The translations under genes and the position numbers were made by a program. The notes below the pieces were generated by a model, which made no database searches, was not told the origin of the DNA, and saw nothing but the letters and a program-made list of their open reading frames with translations. Shown in pieces: positions 17,707-27,550 of a DNA stretch of 27,883 nt (position 1 is its first letter; every line of letters begins with the position of its first letter). The stretch spans positions 1 through 27,883 of the forward strand of contig JBDRFG010000068.1 in NCBI GenBank assembly GCA_043819135.1, in the 5' to 3' direction. The DNA comes from Candidatus Eiseniibacteriota bacterium. GTDB taxonomy: Bacteria; Joyebacterota; Joyebacteria; Joyebacterales; Joyebacteraceae.

Positions 17707-19665
17707 GTGGGTTCTCTCTTGGCCGTGGTGGCGGTTGGGTTTGCACTGGGAAGCGCCTACCCAATGGCCCGTATGTACGGGGACCGCGTTGGGCGACTTC
17801 TAGCGCTCGGCGTGTGGTCTTTCGCGTCGCTTGTCGTGGCTCTCCAAACGCTCGGGCTCTGTGCTGCCCTGTCGGGGCGCCACTGCGTGGGTGCCACGCA
17901 GCTCGTCATCGTACTCGGGATCGTGTGCCTAGGCAGTTGGTTCACCGCACGCCGGCACCGAGTCCCGAGCGCGGAACGTTGGTCGCAGCGTCTCGCCTCA
18001 GATGGCCCGGAAGGCGCAGGCAACCCGAGCGCTCGCGTAGTGCCCGCTATCTTGGCCATCTTCGCGGTTTTGCTTCTCATCTCGGCGCTCACGAGCGGCT
18101 TGCTTGCCCCACCCCGAGGGTGGGATGTTCTCTCATACCACCTCCCTCGGGCCGTTGCCTGGCTCCAGAGCGGGAGTCTTCAGCCCTACGGCGGCAACAC
18201 GGCCTACTACCCGGGCAACGGTGAGCTTCTGCTCCTCACGCTACTCTTCTCGGGGAGCGACCGTTTGGTGTCCGTCGTGCAACTACCCTTCGCCCTGCTC
18301 TGCGCGCTCGCCCTCTATGGTACATCCCGTCTGCTTGGGGCCGGTCGGCGCTCGTCCCTAATAGTGGCGATGGTTCTGCTGACGATGCCCATCATCGTCT
18401 TCCAGTCCGAGATCGCGAAGAACGACATCGTTGCGCTCGCCGCGATCATGTGCTCGCTCTACTTCGCGGCCCGCGCACTGAACAGAACGCCGTCCCGGGT
18501 CGACGGGCATCTCACTCCCATCACGGCCGGTGTGGCAGCTGGGCTCGCGGTCGGGTCTCGATACCCGGCTCTCCCTCTTGTGGTCGCCGGAGTGGTACTG
18601 ACGCTCGTTCTCATGCCTCGCCGGAGAGATGAGCAGGGCGCTGCAAAGAGGCGGAGCCGGAAGACCCCAGTGCTCGCTCCTCTGGCAGTAGGCGCGATTC
18701 TCCTCCCCTCCCTCTACTGGTACGCGTCAAACTGGGTGGCAGCAGGCAATCCGCTGGCCCCGTTCGCGGTGCGCATTGGTGGCGCTCAACTGTGGCCAGG
18801 CCTGGACCCCGTTGACGTCTATGGGGAGCAACAGTTTCACTACGTGCGCTCGGCGGCAGATTGGTGGTGGTTCGCGTTGCGTGACAGACCGCTCTCCGGC
18901 TCCTACGGCGCTAGCGCCGGATTCGGGGCAGCTTTCGCTGCACTCGTGATCCCGTCTGCGCTCTGGATGCTGGCGGGAGTCGCCGGGCAGAAGCTTCGGG
19001 ATTGCTGGCGGAGGAGACGCCTTCTTGTGCTGTCTCTCACAGGGGTGGCTCTCATCTCGTGGTGGGTGGCAGGAGTCCGCCTGCCGCGCTACATGCTCTA
19101 TGCAGTCGTGCTCCCGATGCCGGCGTTGGGCGTGCTGCTCGAGTCGTGTCGTCGATCACGGCGCCGTGCGGCCGAGGTACTGCTTGTCATTGCTGTTGCG
19201 TTCTCATCGCTCGGGTCGCTGCTGGTGCTCTACTCGGAGAAGGACCTGACGTCCTCCTTCCTTGGTCTGAGGACCAAGAAGGACCTCTACAGGATGCCAT
19301 CGTGGGTGTACTCTCTGCCCCCCGGTACGAAGATCGCACTGACACGGATCACTGATCATCAGTACTACTCGACCTTTCGATATCCCCTTGTCGGCTCGCT
19401 TCCGGGGAACAGTGTCGTGATGGAGGGCGACGTGGGAACGTCTTTCAGCATCATGCGGGACGGCATCAGAGGAATGCACGATGGACTGGTTGCAGATGGC
19501 GTGGACTATCTCTTCATCCGGGCATTCGGTCTTGAGCCCTGCCGCACAAATTACGAACTCCACCCTGACCTGTACGAGCCCGTTCTCGACACGGCCGAGA
19601 GCGAGTATCCGTGGTTCAGGAAAGGTGACCCAGTTCTGACGAAGGTGTACCGGGTCCTCCCGTAA
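17707..19665 (+). CDS. Multi-pass GT-C-like membrane glycosyltransferase
   Basis: WDVLSYHLPRAVAWLQ, YPGNGELL, AKND, YWYASNWVAAGNPLAP, PRY motifs; many TM helices. Start approximate. Confidence 0.72.
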   Translation: MGSLLAVVAVGFALGSAYPMARMYGDRVGRLLALGVWSFASLVVALQTLGLCAALSGRHCVGATQLVIVLGIVCLGSWFTARRHRVPSAERWSQRLASDGPEGAGNPSARVVPAILAIFAVLLLISALTSGLLAPPRGWDVLSYHLPRAVAWLQSGSLQPYGGNTAYYPGNGELLLLTLLFSGSDRLVSVVQLPFALLCALALYGTSRLLGAGRRSSLIVAMVLLTMPIIVFQSEIAKNDIVALAAIMCSLYFAARALNRTPSRVDGHLTPITAGVAAGLAVGSRYPALPLVVAGVVLTLVLMPRRRDEQGAAKRRSRKTPVLAPLAVGAILLPSLYWYASNWVAAGNPLAPFAVRIGGAQLWPGLDPVDVYGEQQFHYVRSAADWWWFALRDRPLSGSYGASAGFGAAFAALVIPSALWMLAGVAGQKLRDCWRRRRLLVLSLTGVALISWWVAGVRLPRYMLYAVVLPMPALGVLLESCRRSRRRAAEVLLVIAVAFSSLGSLLVLYSEKDLTSSFLGLRTKKDLYRMPSWVYSLPPGTKIALTRITDHQYYSTFRYPLVGSLPGNSVVMEGDVGTSFSIMRDGIRGMHDGLVADGVDYLFIRAFGLEPCRTNYELHPDLYEPVLDTAESEYPWFRKGDPVLTKVYRVLP

Positions 19666-19834
19666 CACGAGACGGGTCGGTCCTCGTGAGCGTATCCTCT
19701 GGGACGATCGTCTCCTGTGGATCCGCCCGGGCCATGGTCCGTCACACCGACCCTCACCATCTCCCGTATCCCCTGCTTGACGCCCGCGTAGAACCAGCGC
19801 GCAGTCACGACGTGTACGCTGTCCGAATCGGGTG

Positions 19835-19855
19835 CGAATCCTGCCCCCGCTACCA
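19835..19855 (+). repeat. Duplicated tRNA-fMet 3' end (att-like site)
   Basis: 21/21 identical to 16979-16999 (24/25 when extended to 19831). Followed by a long hairpin at 19864-19923. Confidence 0.85.
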
Positions 19856-20062
19856 GCTTATTCACGACAGGCTCCGGAACACGGCAGGTGATTGCCACCT
19901 CCATTTGTTCCGGAGTCAGTCGTATATCCTCCACCGGCCCGAGTCTATCTCTCGAACTGGAGCAGTTCCAGGGAGTGAGGTCACCCTGAGCCGGCTGCCG
20001 AACTGGGCCAGATCCTTGCTGATCTGTGGTCCCCACAATCCCGCTTCGGGAGAGGCCTTCCC

Positions 20063-20725
20063 CTATTTCCGGGAGCGGTTCGAGGGCTTCAACATCCCCT
20101 CATTGATCAGGACATCAGTGATCTTCCTCGCATAGCTCATTGCCAAGTCCGTCGCATCAGACGGGTCCATCGTTACAGAGTGGCCTGTCCAGTCCAGTTT
20201 CAGATCCCGTGCGTCATAGAGGTTGGTCTCGATCTGTACCCTCGTCGTCTGCTGATAGTATCCGGGAGTGTAGGCAATCTCGGTCGTCTTCACCCAGTAC
20301 CTGTTGAAACGATCGAACTCCAGTATGTCGACTCTCGTCTCGCGCGGCCGGACGTATGACCGATCCTTCGCAGTGTTCAGCACGGTCACGGTCAGGACGG
20401 CCTCATAACCGGCATCGACGACAGCTTTGCGCACAGCCTCGATGTCGATGTCCTTGTCCAGGCGACCATCTCCGTCCTTGTCGTAGATGTCACGCGGCAG
20501 GAATGAGGCGCCCGCCGCGGCTCTTATGCCGCGCTTCGTCAGCATCTGACTGAGAGAGGTTCCGAACTCCTGGCGCTTTATCGGCTTGTCGTTGATGGTA
20601 AGCACTGCGACCGATCCGTACGGCCTCAGCTCAGAGTCTGCGGCCTTCCACTGACCTTCGATCAGCGTCGTGGTGGCGCAGCCGCCCAGTATCAGAACCG
20701 CCAGAGCGATGGCCAAGCGTCTCAC
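20063..20725 (-). CDS. Hypothetical lipoprotein (DUF4136-like)
   Basis: GTG 20725 after AAAGGGG; signal MRRLAIALAVLILGG-C; YTPGYY...IETNLYD...WTG pattern. Confidence 0.72.
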   Translation of the reverse strand: MRRLAIALAVLILGGCATTTLIEGQWKAADSELRPYGSVAVLTINDKPIKRQEFGTSLSQMLTKRGIRAAAGASFLPRDIYDKDGDGRLDKDIDIEAVRKAVVDAGYEAVLTVTVLNTAKDRSYVRPRETRVDILEFDRFNRYWVKTTEIAYTPGYYQQTTRVQIETNLYDARDLKLDWTGHSVTMDPSDATDLAMSYARKITDVLINEGMLKPSNRSRK

Positions 20726-21038
20726 GAGTAGCCCCTTTCTTCGACAGCAACACACGATCGGTCGCTCGGCTGGTCTCACGAGTTCCCGGCGTGTCAGAGT
20801 CTGCATCAACAAGGACCATGTCTGAAACAGAATGCGATGGTCCGGTGAGGACTGCGAGCTGGCCGACACTATACTCCATTTGGCTGAACGCGGCAAAGCC
20901 CCATGTCCCAGTGCGTCTGCGGCCGCGAGACGCGACTTTCTTGCACCCGTGACTCCGCTCTGCTACAGTCCGGCTGAATGCGGGCCAGCAGGCGCAGCGC
21001 CGGCCCTGAGGCGCCTGGGGTTCTCCCGGAGGCTGCAA

Positions 21039-22829
21039 TTGACGCCAGATATCCTCACCGTCCTTCTTCTCCTCGCCGCGACGATTATCCTCCTTGTTTC
21101 CGAGAGGCTCCGTGTCGACCTCATCGCCATCATCGTGATGATCGCACTCGCGTGGCTCAGGCTTCTGACACCCGCCGAGGCATTCTCCGGGCTCGCCAGC
21201 AACGCTGTCGTGGCCGTCGGCGCCGTTATGATCATGGGGTTCGGGATAGAGCGCTCCGGTGTCACCCTTCGGCTCACGCGCGGAATCATCAAGGCGGCCG
21301 GCACGAGCGAGCGCAGGCTCGTCGGCCTCGTCTCGGCCGTAGTCGGCGTTCTCTCAGGTTTCATGCAGAACGTCGGCGCGGCCGTGCTCTTCCTGCCGGC
21401 CATGCTTCGCATCTCCCGTCGCACCCGCATTCCCGTGAGCCGGCTGCTCATGCCGATGGGCTTCGCGGCGATCCTCGGCGGCACGATAACGATGGTCGGC
21501 TCGGGTCCGCTCATCATCTTGAACGATCTTCTGAAGCGCGGCGGGGAGGCGGGGTTCGGCATCTTCAGCGTGACTCCCGTCGGCCTCGCGCTTCTTGCCT
21601 CCGGCATCCTCTACTTCCTCGTCCTCGGTCGGGCGATTCTTCCGCCCGCCAAGGCGCAGGAGCCCCTACGTAGCTCGGAACAGGAGTTGATCGAAGCGTG
21701 GCAGCTCCCTTCCACGATATACCGATTCACGGTTCCCGTAGGAAGCTCCATCGTGGGGAAGTCGCGCGATGAGCTGGACCTCTGGGGGAAGTACGGCATC
21801 AACCTTCTGGCACTCGAGGAAAGCGGAGACGTGCACTACGCCCCGTGGCGCCACACCAGGCTCGCTGCGGGACAGCGATTCGCGGTCCTCGGCCGGAGCG
21901 AAGACGTGACGCGCTTCTGCTCCGACCACGGGCTCGCGTGCAAAGAGGGATGCGGCGACTTCAGTGAACTCGACACCGGTGGGAGCACGGGATTCGCCGA
22001 GGCCATCGTTCCTCCGCGCTCGCCGATCGCCGGCAAGAGCGTGCGCGAGATCGCTCTCCGGAAGAACTTCAACGTTGAGCCCATCATGCTCCTTCGCGGG
22101 GAACTCGAGGACCGCGGTGATTTTTCCGACGTGAAACTGAGGCCCGGCGACGCACTCATCATCCACGGCCAGTGGTCAAGCATCCGCGCGCTCGGCGACC
22201 GCAGGAACTTCGTGCTGTCCTCGGCCGTGGAAGGAGAAAGCTCGCTTGCGCGGCGGCCGATTCTCGCACTGGCATGTTTCGTAGGTGCGCTCGTACTGGC
22301 CTTTTCAGGTGTGCAGCTTTCGCACGCGCTCCTGACCGGCGCCGTCGCGATGGTTCTTCTGCGTGTCATCACTATCGATGAGGCCTACCACGCCGTCGAC
22401 TGGCGGACCGTGTTCCTTCTGGCCGGTCTCATACCTCTCGGCCTGGCGATGGAGAAGACCGGAGCGGCGGCCTTCGTCGCCGGGAATATCATGCGCGTGA
22501 TGGGTGATTTCGGCCCGTTCGCGATCTTGCTTGCCGTGGGCGTGCTCTCGACGTTCTTCTCGCTCTTCATGTCGAACGTGGCTGCGACCGTCGTGCTAGT
22601 CCCGCTCGTTCTCATCGTGAGCCGACAGGCCGGTGTGGACCCGCGAGGAGCCGCGCTGCTTGTCGCGGTCTGCGCGTCGAATTCGTTCGTCCTTCCGACG
22701 CACCAGGTCAACGCGCTTCTCATGGCGCCCGGAGGCTATCGGAACGCCGACTATCTCAGGGCCGGGGGCATCATGACGGGGGTCTTCCTCCTCGTCGCGT
22801 GCACCCTCATCTACGTGCTCTTCATCTGA
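21039..22829 (+). CDS. SLC13/DASS family permease with two TrkA-C (RCK_C) domains
   Basis: RLRVDLIA, LSGFMQNVGA, LGGTITMVGS, SLFMSNVAA, PTHQVNALLMAPGGY. TTG 21039 follows GGAGG. Confidence 0.9.
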   Translation: MTPDILTVLLLLAATIILLVSERLRVDLIAIIVMIALAWLRLLTPAEAFSGLASNAVVAVGAVMIMGFGIERSGVTLRLTRGIIKAAGTSERRLVGLVSAVVGVLSGFMQNVGAAVLFLPAMLRISRRTRIPVSRLLMPMGFAAILGGTITMVGSGPLIILNDLLKRGGEAGFGIFSVTPVGLALLASGILYFLVLGRAILPPAKAQEPLRSSEQELIEAWQLPSTIYRFTVPVGSSIVGKSRDELDLWGKYGINLLALEESGDVHYAPWRHTRLAAGQRFAVLGRSEDVTRFCSDHGLACKEGCGDFSELDTGGSTGFAEAIVPPRSPIAGKSVREIALRKNFNVEPIMLLRGELEDRGDFSDVKLRPGDALIIHGQWSSIRALGDRRNFVLSSAVEGESSLARRPILALACFVGALVLAFSGVQLSHALLTGAVAMVLLRVITIDEAYHAVDWRTVFLLAGLIPLGLAMEKTGAAAFVAGNIMRVMGDFGPFAILLAVGVLSTFFSLFMSNVAATVVLVPLVLIVSRQAGVDPRGAALLVAVCASNSFVLPTHQVNALLMAPGGYRNADYLRAGGIMTGVFLLVACTLIYVLFI

Positions 22830-22856
22830 GCTGCAGCGTACGGACAGGAGGCTCCA

Positions 22857-24290
22857 ATGCTCATCAAGCACTTCTTTGTCGAGAAGATCGCCCACAGCTC
22901 GTACCTCATCGCGGGCACGCACACGTGTGCCATCGTGGACCCGGAGCGCAACGTCGACGTGTACATCGACACCGCCCGCGCCCTCGACATGAGGATCACG
23001 CACGTCATCGAGACACACTTGCACGCGGACTTCATTTCCGGCCACATGGATCTCAAGAACCGAACCGACGCGACGATCTACGCGCCGAAGTCCGCGAAGT
23101 GCGCCTTCGATCACGTTCCCGTCTCCGAGGGCGACAGCATCGAAATCGAGGACGTGAGGCTCAACGTCCTCGAGACACCGGGACACACGCCGGAGCACGT
23201 GAGCTACGTCGTGACCGACACGGCGAGGGCGGAGAAACCGGCTTGCGTTCTTACCGGCGACACCCTCTTCGTGGGGGACGTAGGGCGCCCCGACCTCTTC
23301 CCCGGGCGCGCCGAGGAGCTGGCCGAGAAGCTCTATGGAAGCCTGCACGAGAAGCTCCTGAAACTTCCCGACTACTGCGAGGTCCTGCCCGCCCACGGCG
23401 CGGGATCGCTCTGCGGACGTTCGATGGGTGCGAAGTGGCGAAGCTCGATCGGATACGAGCGGCGCTTCAACCCGGCTCTCCGCATTCGCAGCAGGGAGAA
23501 GTTCGTGCAGTCGCTCACTAGCCAAATGCCTCCGACGCCCGACCACTTCGCGAGGTGCAGCGGAGTGAACGCGGCGGGACCGGACCTCGTCAGGAAGGCA
23601 AGGGAGCCCGAGGGATTAGAACCCCCGGAGTTCGTCGAGCGGACGCGGGCCCGCGGCGCCGTCGTAGTTGACGTGAGGTCGTACGACGCCTACGGCGGCC
23701 AGCATGTTCCCAATTCGCTGAGCCTCACGCTCGCCGGAAACTTCGCGACCTTCGCGGGATGGATCATCCCCGAGAACGCGCGCGTGTTCATCGTGGCGGA
23801 CGACAACAACCAGGTCGACACGGCGGTGCGGTGGCTCCGGCGTGTCGGGCTCGACCGCGTCGTTGGGTATCTCGAGGGAGGCACGAGCGCGTGGGTGCAG
23901 CAGGGGTATCCCACCGCCCACGTCGAGCAGCTGTCGCCCGAGGAGGTCAACGCGGCCGCGGCCGGTGGCGAGGCGATCACCCTCGTCGATGTCCGCGCTC
24001 CGGCCGAGTTCGAGGCGTCGCACATCGAAGGCGCGATCAACATCCCGGCGCCCGATCTCAGATCCCGCTACAACGAACTGGACTCCTCCTACCCGGTGCT
24101 CCTCATGTGCAGCTCGGGCCAGCGATCGAGCCTGGCGGCGAGCATCCTCGAGCGAAACGGCTTCGAGAACCTGAGGAATGCAGCCGGTGGCTACACGGGC
24201 TACGCGGCAGCGGGGTACACGGATGCTTGCGCTGTCTGCGCGTTGCCCCACGGCCCGCGGAGGACGGAGATGCACACAGGAGGGAGATGA
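22857..24290 (+). CDS. MBL-fold persulfide dioxygenase-like hydrolase with two rhodanese domains
   Basis: ETHLHADFISG, TPGHTPEH, TGDTLFVGDVGRPD, PAHGAGSLCG. The C-terminal rhodanese has the loop CSSGQRS; the middle rhodanese lacks the Cys. Confidence 0.92.
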   Translation: MLIKHFFVEKIAHSSYLIAGTHTCAIVDPERNVDVYIDTARALDMRITHVIETHLHADFISGHMDLKNRTDATIYAPKSAKCAFDHVPVSEGDSIEIEDVRLNVLETPGHTPEHVSYVVTDTARAEKPACVLTGDTLFVGDVGRPDLFPGRAEELAEKLYGSLHEKLLKLPDYCEVLPAHGAGSLCGRSMGAKWRSSIGYERRFNPALRIRSREKFVQSLTSQMPPTPDHFARCSGVNAAGPDLVRKAREPEGLEPPEFVERTRARGAVVVDVRSYDAYGGQHVPNSLSLTLAGNFATFAGWIIPENARVFIVADDNNQVDTAVRWLRRVGLDRVVGYLEGGTSAWVQQGYPTAHVEQLSPEEVNAAAAGGEAITLVDVRAPAEFEASHIEGAINIPAPDLRSRYNELDSSYPVLLMCSSGQRSSLAASILERNGFENLRNAAGGYTGYAAAGYTDACAVCALPHGPRRTEMHTGGR

Positions 24291-24811
24291 TGGACTTTCT
24301 AACTGCTCCCAGGTGGTCGCCGTACGTCGTCGGCGCCGGCATTGGCGTCCTGAGCTGGCTCACGTTCCTGCTTCTGAACAAGCCGATCGGCTGCTCGACG
24401 GCGTTCGCGCGCACCAGCGGAATGCTCGAGAGGCTCTTCCGAGGCTCGCGGGTCGACAAGAAGGACTACTACGTGAAGTTCCCGGCCGAGATCGACTGGG
24501 AGTGGATGCTCGTCGCCGGCATCTTCATCGGGTCGTTCCTCTCTGCGCGAGCGTCGGGCCAACTCGCCATAGAGTGGACGCCCGGCCGGTGGGTCGCGGC
24601 GTTCGGAGTGACTCCCGTGGCGCGGTGGGTCGTCGCGCTCGCCGGCGGGGTCTTCATGGGCTTCGGCTCACGATGGGCCGGCGGGTGCACGAGCGGTCAC
24701 GGAATCAGCGGCGCGCTTCAGATGGCGGTGAGCAGTTGGCTCTCTGCGATCTGCTTCTTCGTGGGCGGCATCGCGGCTGCGATGCTTATCTTCCGCGTCA
24801 TTGCGGGATAG
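24290..24811 (+). CDS. YeeE/YedE family sulfur-compound transporter subunit
   Basis: WSPYVVGAGIG, PIGCST, GSRWAGGCTSGHGISG. ATG overlaps the upstream stop. Confidence 0.9.
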   Translation: MDFLTAPRWSPYVVGAGIGVLSWLTFLLLNKPIGCSTAFARTSGMLERLFRGSRVDKKDYYVKFPAEIDWEWMLVAGIFIGSFLSARASGQLAIEWTPGRWVAAFGVTPVARWVVALAGGVFMGFGSRWAGGCTSGHGISGALQMAVSSWLSAICFFVGGIAAAMLIFRVIAG

Positions 24812-24820
24812 GAGGAGGCC

Positions 24821-25378
24821 ATGCTCAAGCGACTGCACGCAACGAAGCCGGCGCAGCTCGGGCTGGCACTTCTTGTCGGAATAGCGTTCGGGTTTCTGCT
24901 TCAGAAGGGCGGGGCGACCCGCTACGACGTGATCATCGGGCAGCTCCTCCTCGAGGACCATACGGTGGTTCGCATCATGCTCGCCGCAGTTGTCGTCGGG
25001 ACGCTCGGAGTGCACCTCTTGAAGAGCTTCGGGCTCGCCGAGCTTCACCCTAAACCCGGTTCGTTCGGCACCTCGGTGGTCGGCGGGCTCATCTTCGGAG
25101 TCGGCTTCGCGGTGCTCGGGTACTGCCCCGGGACCGTCGCCGGCGCCGTGGGCCAGGGGTCGATGGACGCTCTTCTGGGCGGCGTAGTCGGCATCTTGAT
25201 CGGCGCGGGCGTCTTCGCCGCGGTCTTCCCGAAACTCTCGCGCGGCATCCTTGCCGTCGGGGACTTCGGCGATGTTACGCTTCCAAAGCTTCTCAAGGTA
25301 AACGAGTGGGTCGTTGTGCTGCCAGCCTCCGCGCTAATCGTCCTCTTCCTCTGGTGGTTGCACGGCGTCGGGATGTAG
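24821..25378 (+). CDS. YeeE/YedE family sulfur-compound transporter subunit
   Basis: GIAFGFLLQKGG, GGLIFGVGFAVLGYCPGT. GGAGGAGG RBS. Confidence 0.9.
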   Translation: MLKRLHATKPAQLGLALLVGIAFGFLLQKGGATRYDVIIGQLLLEDHTVVRIMLAAVVVGTLGVHLLKSFGLAELHPKPGSFGTSVVGGLIFGVGFAVLGYCPGTVAGAVGQGSMDALLGGVVGILIGAGVFAAVFPKLSRGILAVGDFGDVTLPKLLKVNEWVVVLPASALIVLFLWWLHGVGM

Positions 25379-25453
25379 CCCCGTCCGCAGGACGGTGCTC
25401 GCATCCGTTCCGGGTTCATCCGCCTTCGTTCGGGGACAACGGGAGGTCATCGT

Positions 25454-25813
25454 ATGAGGACATGGATTCTGTCCGGCGCCGATTTCATTGCGCTTGTGGC
25501 CGAGGCGGCCGCCGCGATCATCATTCTGGTCGGCGCGGCGCAGGCGGTCTGGATGTTCTTCAGACACACCTTCGGAGGATGCTGCGAGTCACGCGATATG
25601 CTGCGAAGTCGCATCAAGCTCGGCCACTCGTTGTCGCTCGGACTCGAGTTTCTGATCGGAGCAGACATCCTCAAGACCGCGGTGGCGCCCAGCTGGACCG
25701 AGATCGGGCAGCTCGCCGCGATCATCGGCATCCGAACCGTGCTTAATCTGTTTCTTCAAAGAGAGCTCGAGCACGAGATGATCGCCGCCAAGACCGAGGG
25801 GGAGGAGCAGTAG
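25454..25813 (+). CDS. DUF1622 family membrane protein
   Basis: RIKLGHSLSLGLEFLIGADILKTAVAPSW...IRTVLNLFL.RE. GGAGG RBS. Confidence 0.88.
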   Translation: MRTWILSGADFIALVAEAAAAIIILVGAAQAVWMFFRHTFGGCCESRDMLRSRIKLGHSLSLGLEFLIGADILKTAVAPSWTEIGQLAAIIGIRTVLNLFLQRELEHEMIAAKTEGEEQ

Positions 25814-25983
25814 AGGTGATCACAGCCGAGCATCGGAATTCCTGTCCGTCATCGCCGAACACGGCGCTCTGATCGTCCGGAGTAAGACCTGCGTCGACCG
25901 CTTCTCGGGAGCGACCAGGACTTCACCAGCCGCTCCCCCATCGTGTCTTGTATGACCTCACAGCAAGCCCCGTTAGCAGACAT

Positions 25984-26017
25984 GAACCGCCCGGGCCTTC
26001 CCAGGTCCGGGTGGTTC
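25984..26017. terminator. Hairpin between convergent genes, possible terminator
   Basis: GAACCGCCCGGGCCT-TCCC-AGGTCCGGGTGGTTC; no strong U tract. Confidence 0.5.
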
Positions 26018-26052
26018 GCATGTAGCACCGGTTGCGGCGACTACCTGGCCGA

Positions 26053-27312
26053 TCAGGGCGCGTCCTGGATCACGAGGTCGACACGTCGATTGCGCTGCCG
26101 GCCCTCGTCCGTGCTGTTGTCCGCAACCGGGCGACTCTCTCCGTACCCATCCCAGCTCATGCGACTCGGGTCGACATCTTGCGAGGCGAGAAACTCGTAG
26201 ACCGCCTTCGCCCGCCGCTGCGAGAGATCGAGGTTGTACTCCTCCGTACCGATGCTGTCAGTGTGCCCCTCGACGAGAATCTTCATCTCCGCAAACTGGT
26301 TCAGGATCGTTGCGATCTTGACCAGGTTGAACTCGACGTCGCGCCGCAGGGTGGCCTTGTCGAAATCGAACAGGATATCGGCCAGGCTCACGATGGTACC
26401 GCGCGCGTCACGCCGGATGCGTGCAAACTTCCCCTCCATCTGACTCAAGGCATCAAAGAGCTCGTCCTGCCGTGTCTTGGACTCAGCGCGCAGCTGCTCG
26501 AGTTCGCGGCGCAGGTCACCCTGCAGGCCGCGCTCCAGGTCCAGCGTGGCGCGCAGCGCTTCCGCGCGTGCGTCACCAAAGCGGGCTGCGAGCTGCATCG
26601 CCTCTAGACATGCGTGCTCATCAGCCTGGGCACGCACACGGCATTCCAGAGACTGGACGGCCCGTGCAGCCAGGTAGGTGTGGTGCGCCATGGCAGCCTC
26701 AGTGACCTTCTCGGCCTGGGTCCGGGCTCGACTGCGCAGAAAGCCGTTCTCCAGGTCGGCTGCGGCGACCTTGCGCTCGCGAGATGCCTGACGCCAGGCG
26801 GTCCAGTGACTGAGAACCTCACCGAAAGTTCTGGGAGGGAACTCCTCAAGAGCAAGGGTCGATGCCGGCAGGACCGTCACTTCCCGCACCGATTCAGGGC
26901 CCCGCCGCGAAATCGCCGCCTCCTGGCCCACAAACTCCTCTGTCTGCTCCAGAACGAAGAGAGCCTCGCGCCACTTCGTCCGCGCTCGTTCCACTTCAAG
27001 GCGACACTGCTCAGCGCGCCGTGCCGCTGCGTCCATCTTCTGCATTTCCAGCGCGAGGCGCGCATCCGCCAGGGCTTGTTCGACAACCGGGACGGCTTCC
27101 TGCTTCTTGCCCCGTTCTGCCAGAGCCCCGGCCTCAGCACGCTTCTGCCGACCGGGTTCCAACACCTGCTTGACCGTCTGGTCTTCGGCCACGGTTTGCA
27201 AATCCTTGTCGTAGCGGTCGAAGTCACTGAGCATCGACTCCACGTCGATACTGCCCGCACACCCGCAAGCCAGAGCCGGAATGAGCAGACCCAGCAAGAG
27301 ACGTGCTTTCAT
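26053..27312 (-). CDS. OmpA-family lipoprotein with long N-terminal helical/coiled-coil region
   Basis: Signal ending LACGC; C-terminal ILFDFDKA, VEGHTDSIG, NLDLSQRRA, GYGESRP, NRRVD. Confidence 0.9.
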   Translation of the reverse strand: MKARLLLGLLIPALACGCAGSIDVESMLSDFDRYDKDLQTVAEDQTVKQVLEPGRQKRAEAGALAERGKKQEAVPVVEQALADARLALEMQKMDAAARRAEQCRLEVERARTKWREALFVLEQTEEFVGQEAAISRRGPESVREVTVLPASTLALEEFPPRTFGEVLSHWTAWRQASRERKVAAADLENGFLRSRARTQAEKVTEAAMAHHTYLAARAVQSLECRVRAQADEHACLEAMQLAARFGDARAEALRATLDLERGLQGDLRRELEQLRAESKTRQDELFDALSQMEGKFARIRRDARGTIVSLADILFDFDKATLRRDVEFNLVKIATILNQFAEMKILVEGHTDSIGTEEYNLDLSQRRAKAVYEFLASQDVDPSRMSWDGYGESRPVADNSTDEGRQRNRRVDLVIQDAP

Positions 27313-27550
27313 CCTGCACCCCTTTCATGAGCCGAAAGCGGCTCGCTGACGGCGCTGATCGCGTCGGCCAACGTTCTGAATCGACAGTACAATGAGGACA
27401 GCCTTGAGGCAATGGGTTTTCTTACGCCCACGTAACCCGGACTCCCACCACGATGAGTTTCAGGCAGGCCGAGAGGTAACAGGCAAGGCCTTGAGCGAAG
27501 CGTCTAGTGGGAGTAATGTGCCTGCCCCTTCTCAGGAGCTCTGGCAGGAT

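Larger units (their letters stand above)
17000..19855. mobile_element. Putative integrase-less islet 1 at tRNA-fMet
   Basis: Bounded by the 21-bp direct repeat CGAATCCTGCCCCCGCTACCA (16979-16999 and 19835-19855). Confidence 0.65.

Noticed and set aside
19551..20135. ORFs 19551-20036 (-) and 19686-20135 (+)
   Set aside because: They span the att repeat and hairpin, overlap neighbouring genes and show no recognisable motifs.
23759..24289. N-terminal extension of the first YeeE ORF (350 aa)
   Set aside because: It overlaps the MBL-rhodanese gene and is Arg-rich shadow sequence; the real start is 24287 or 24290.
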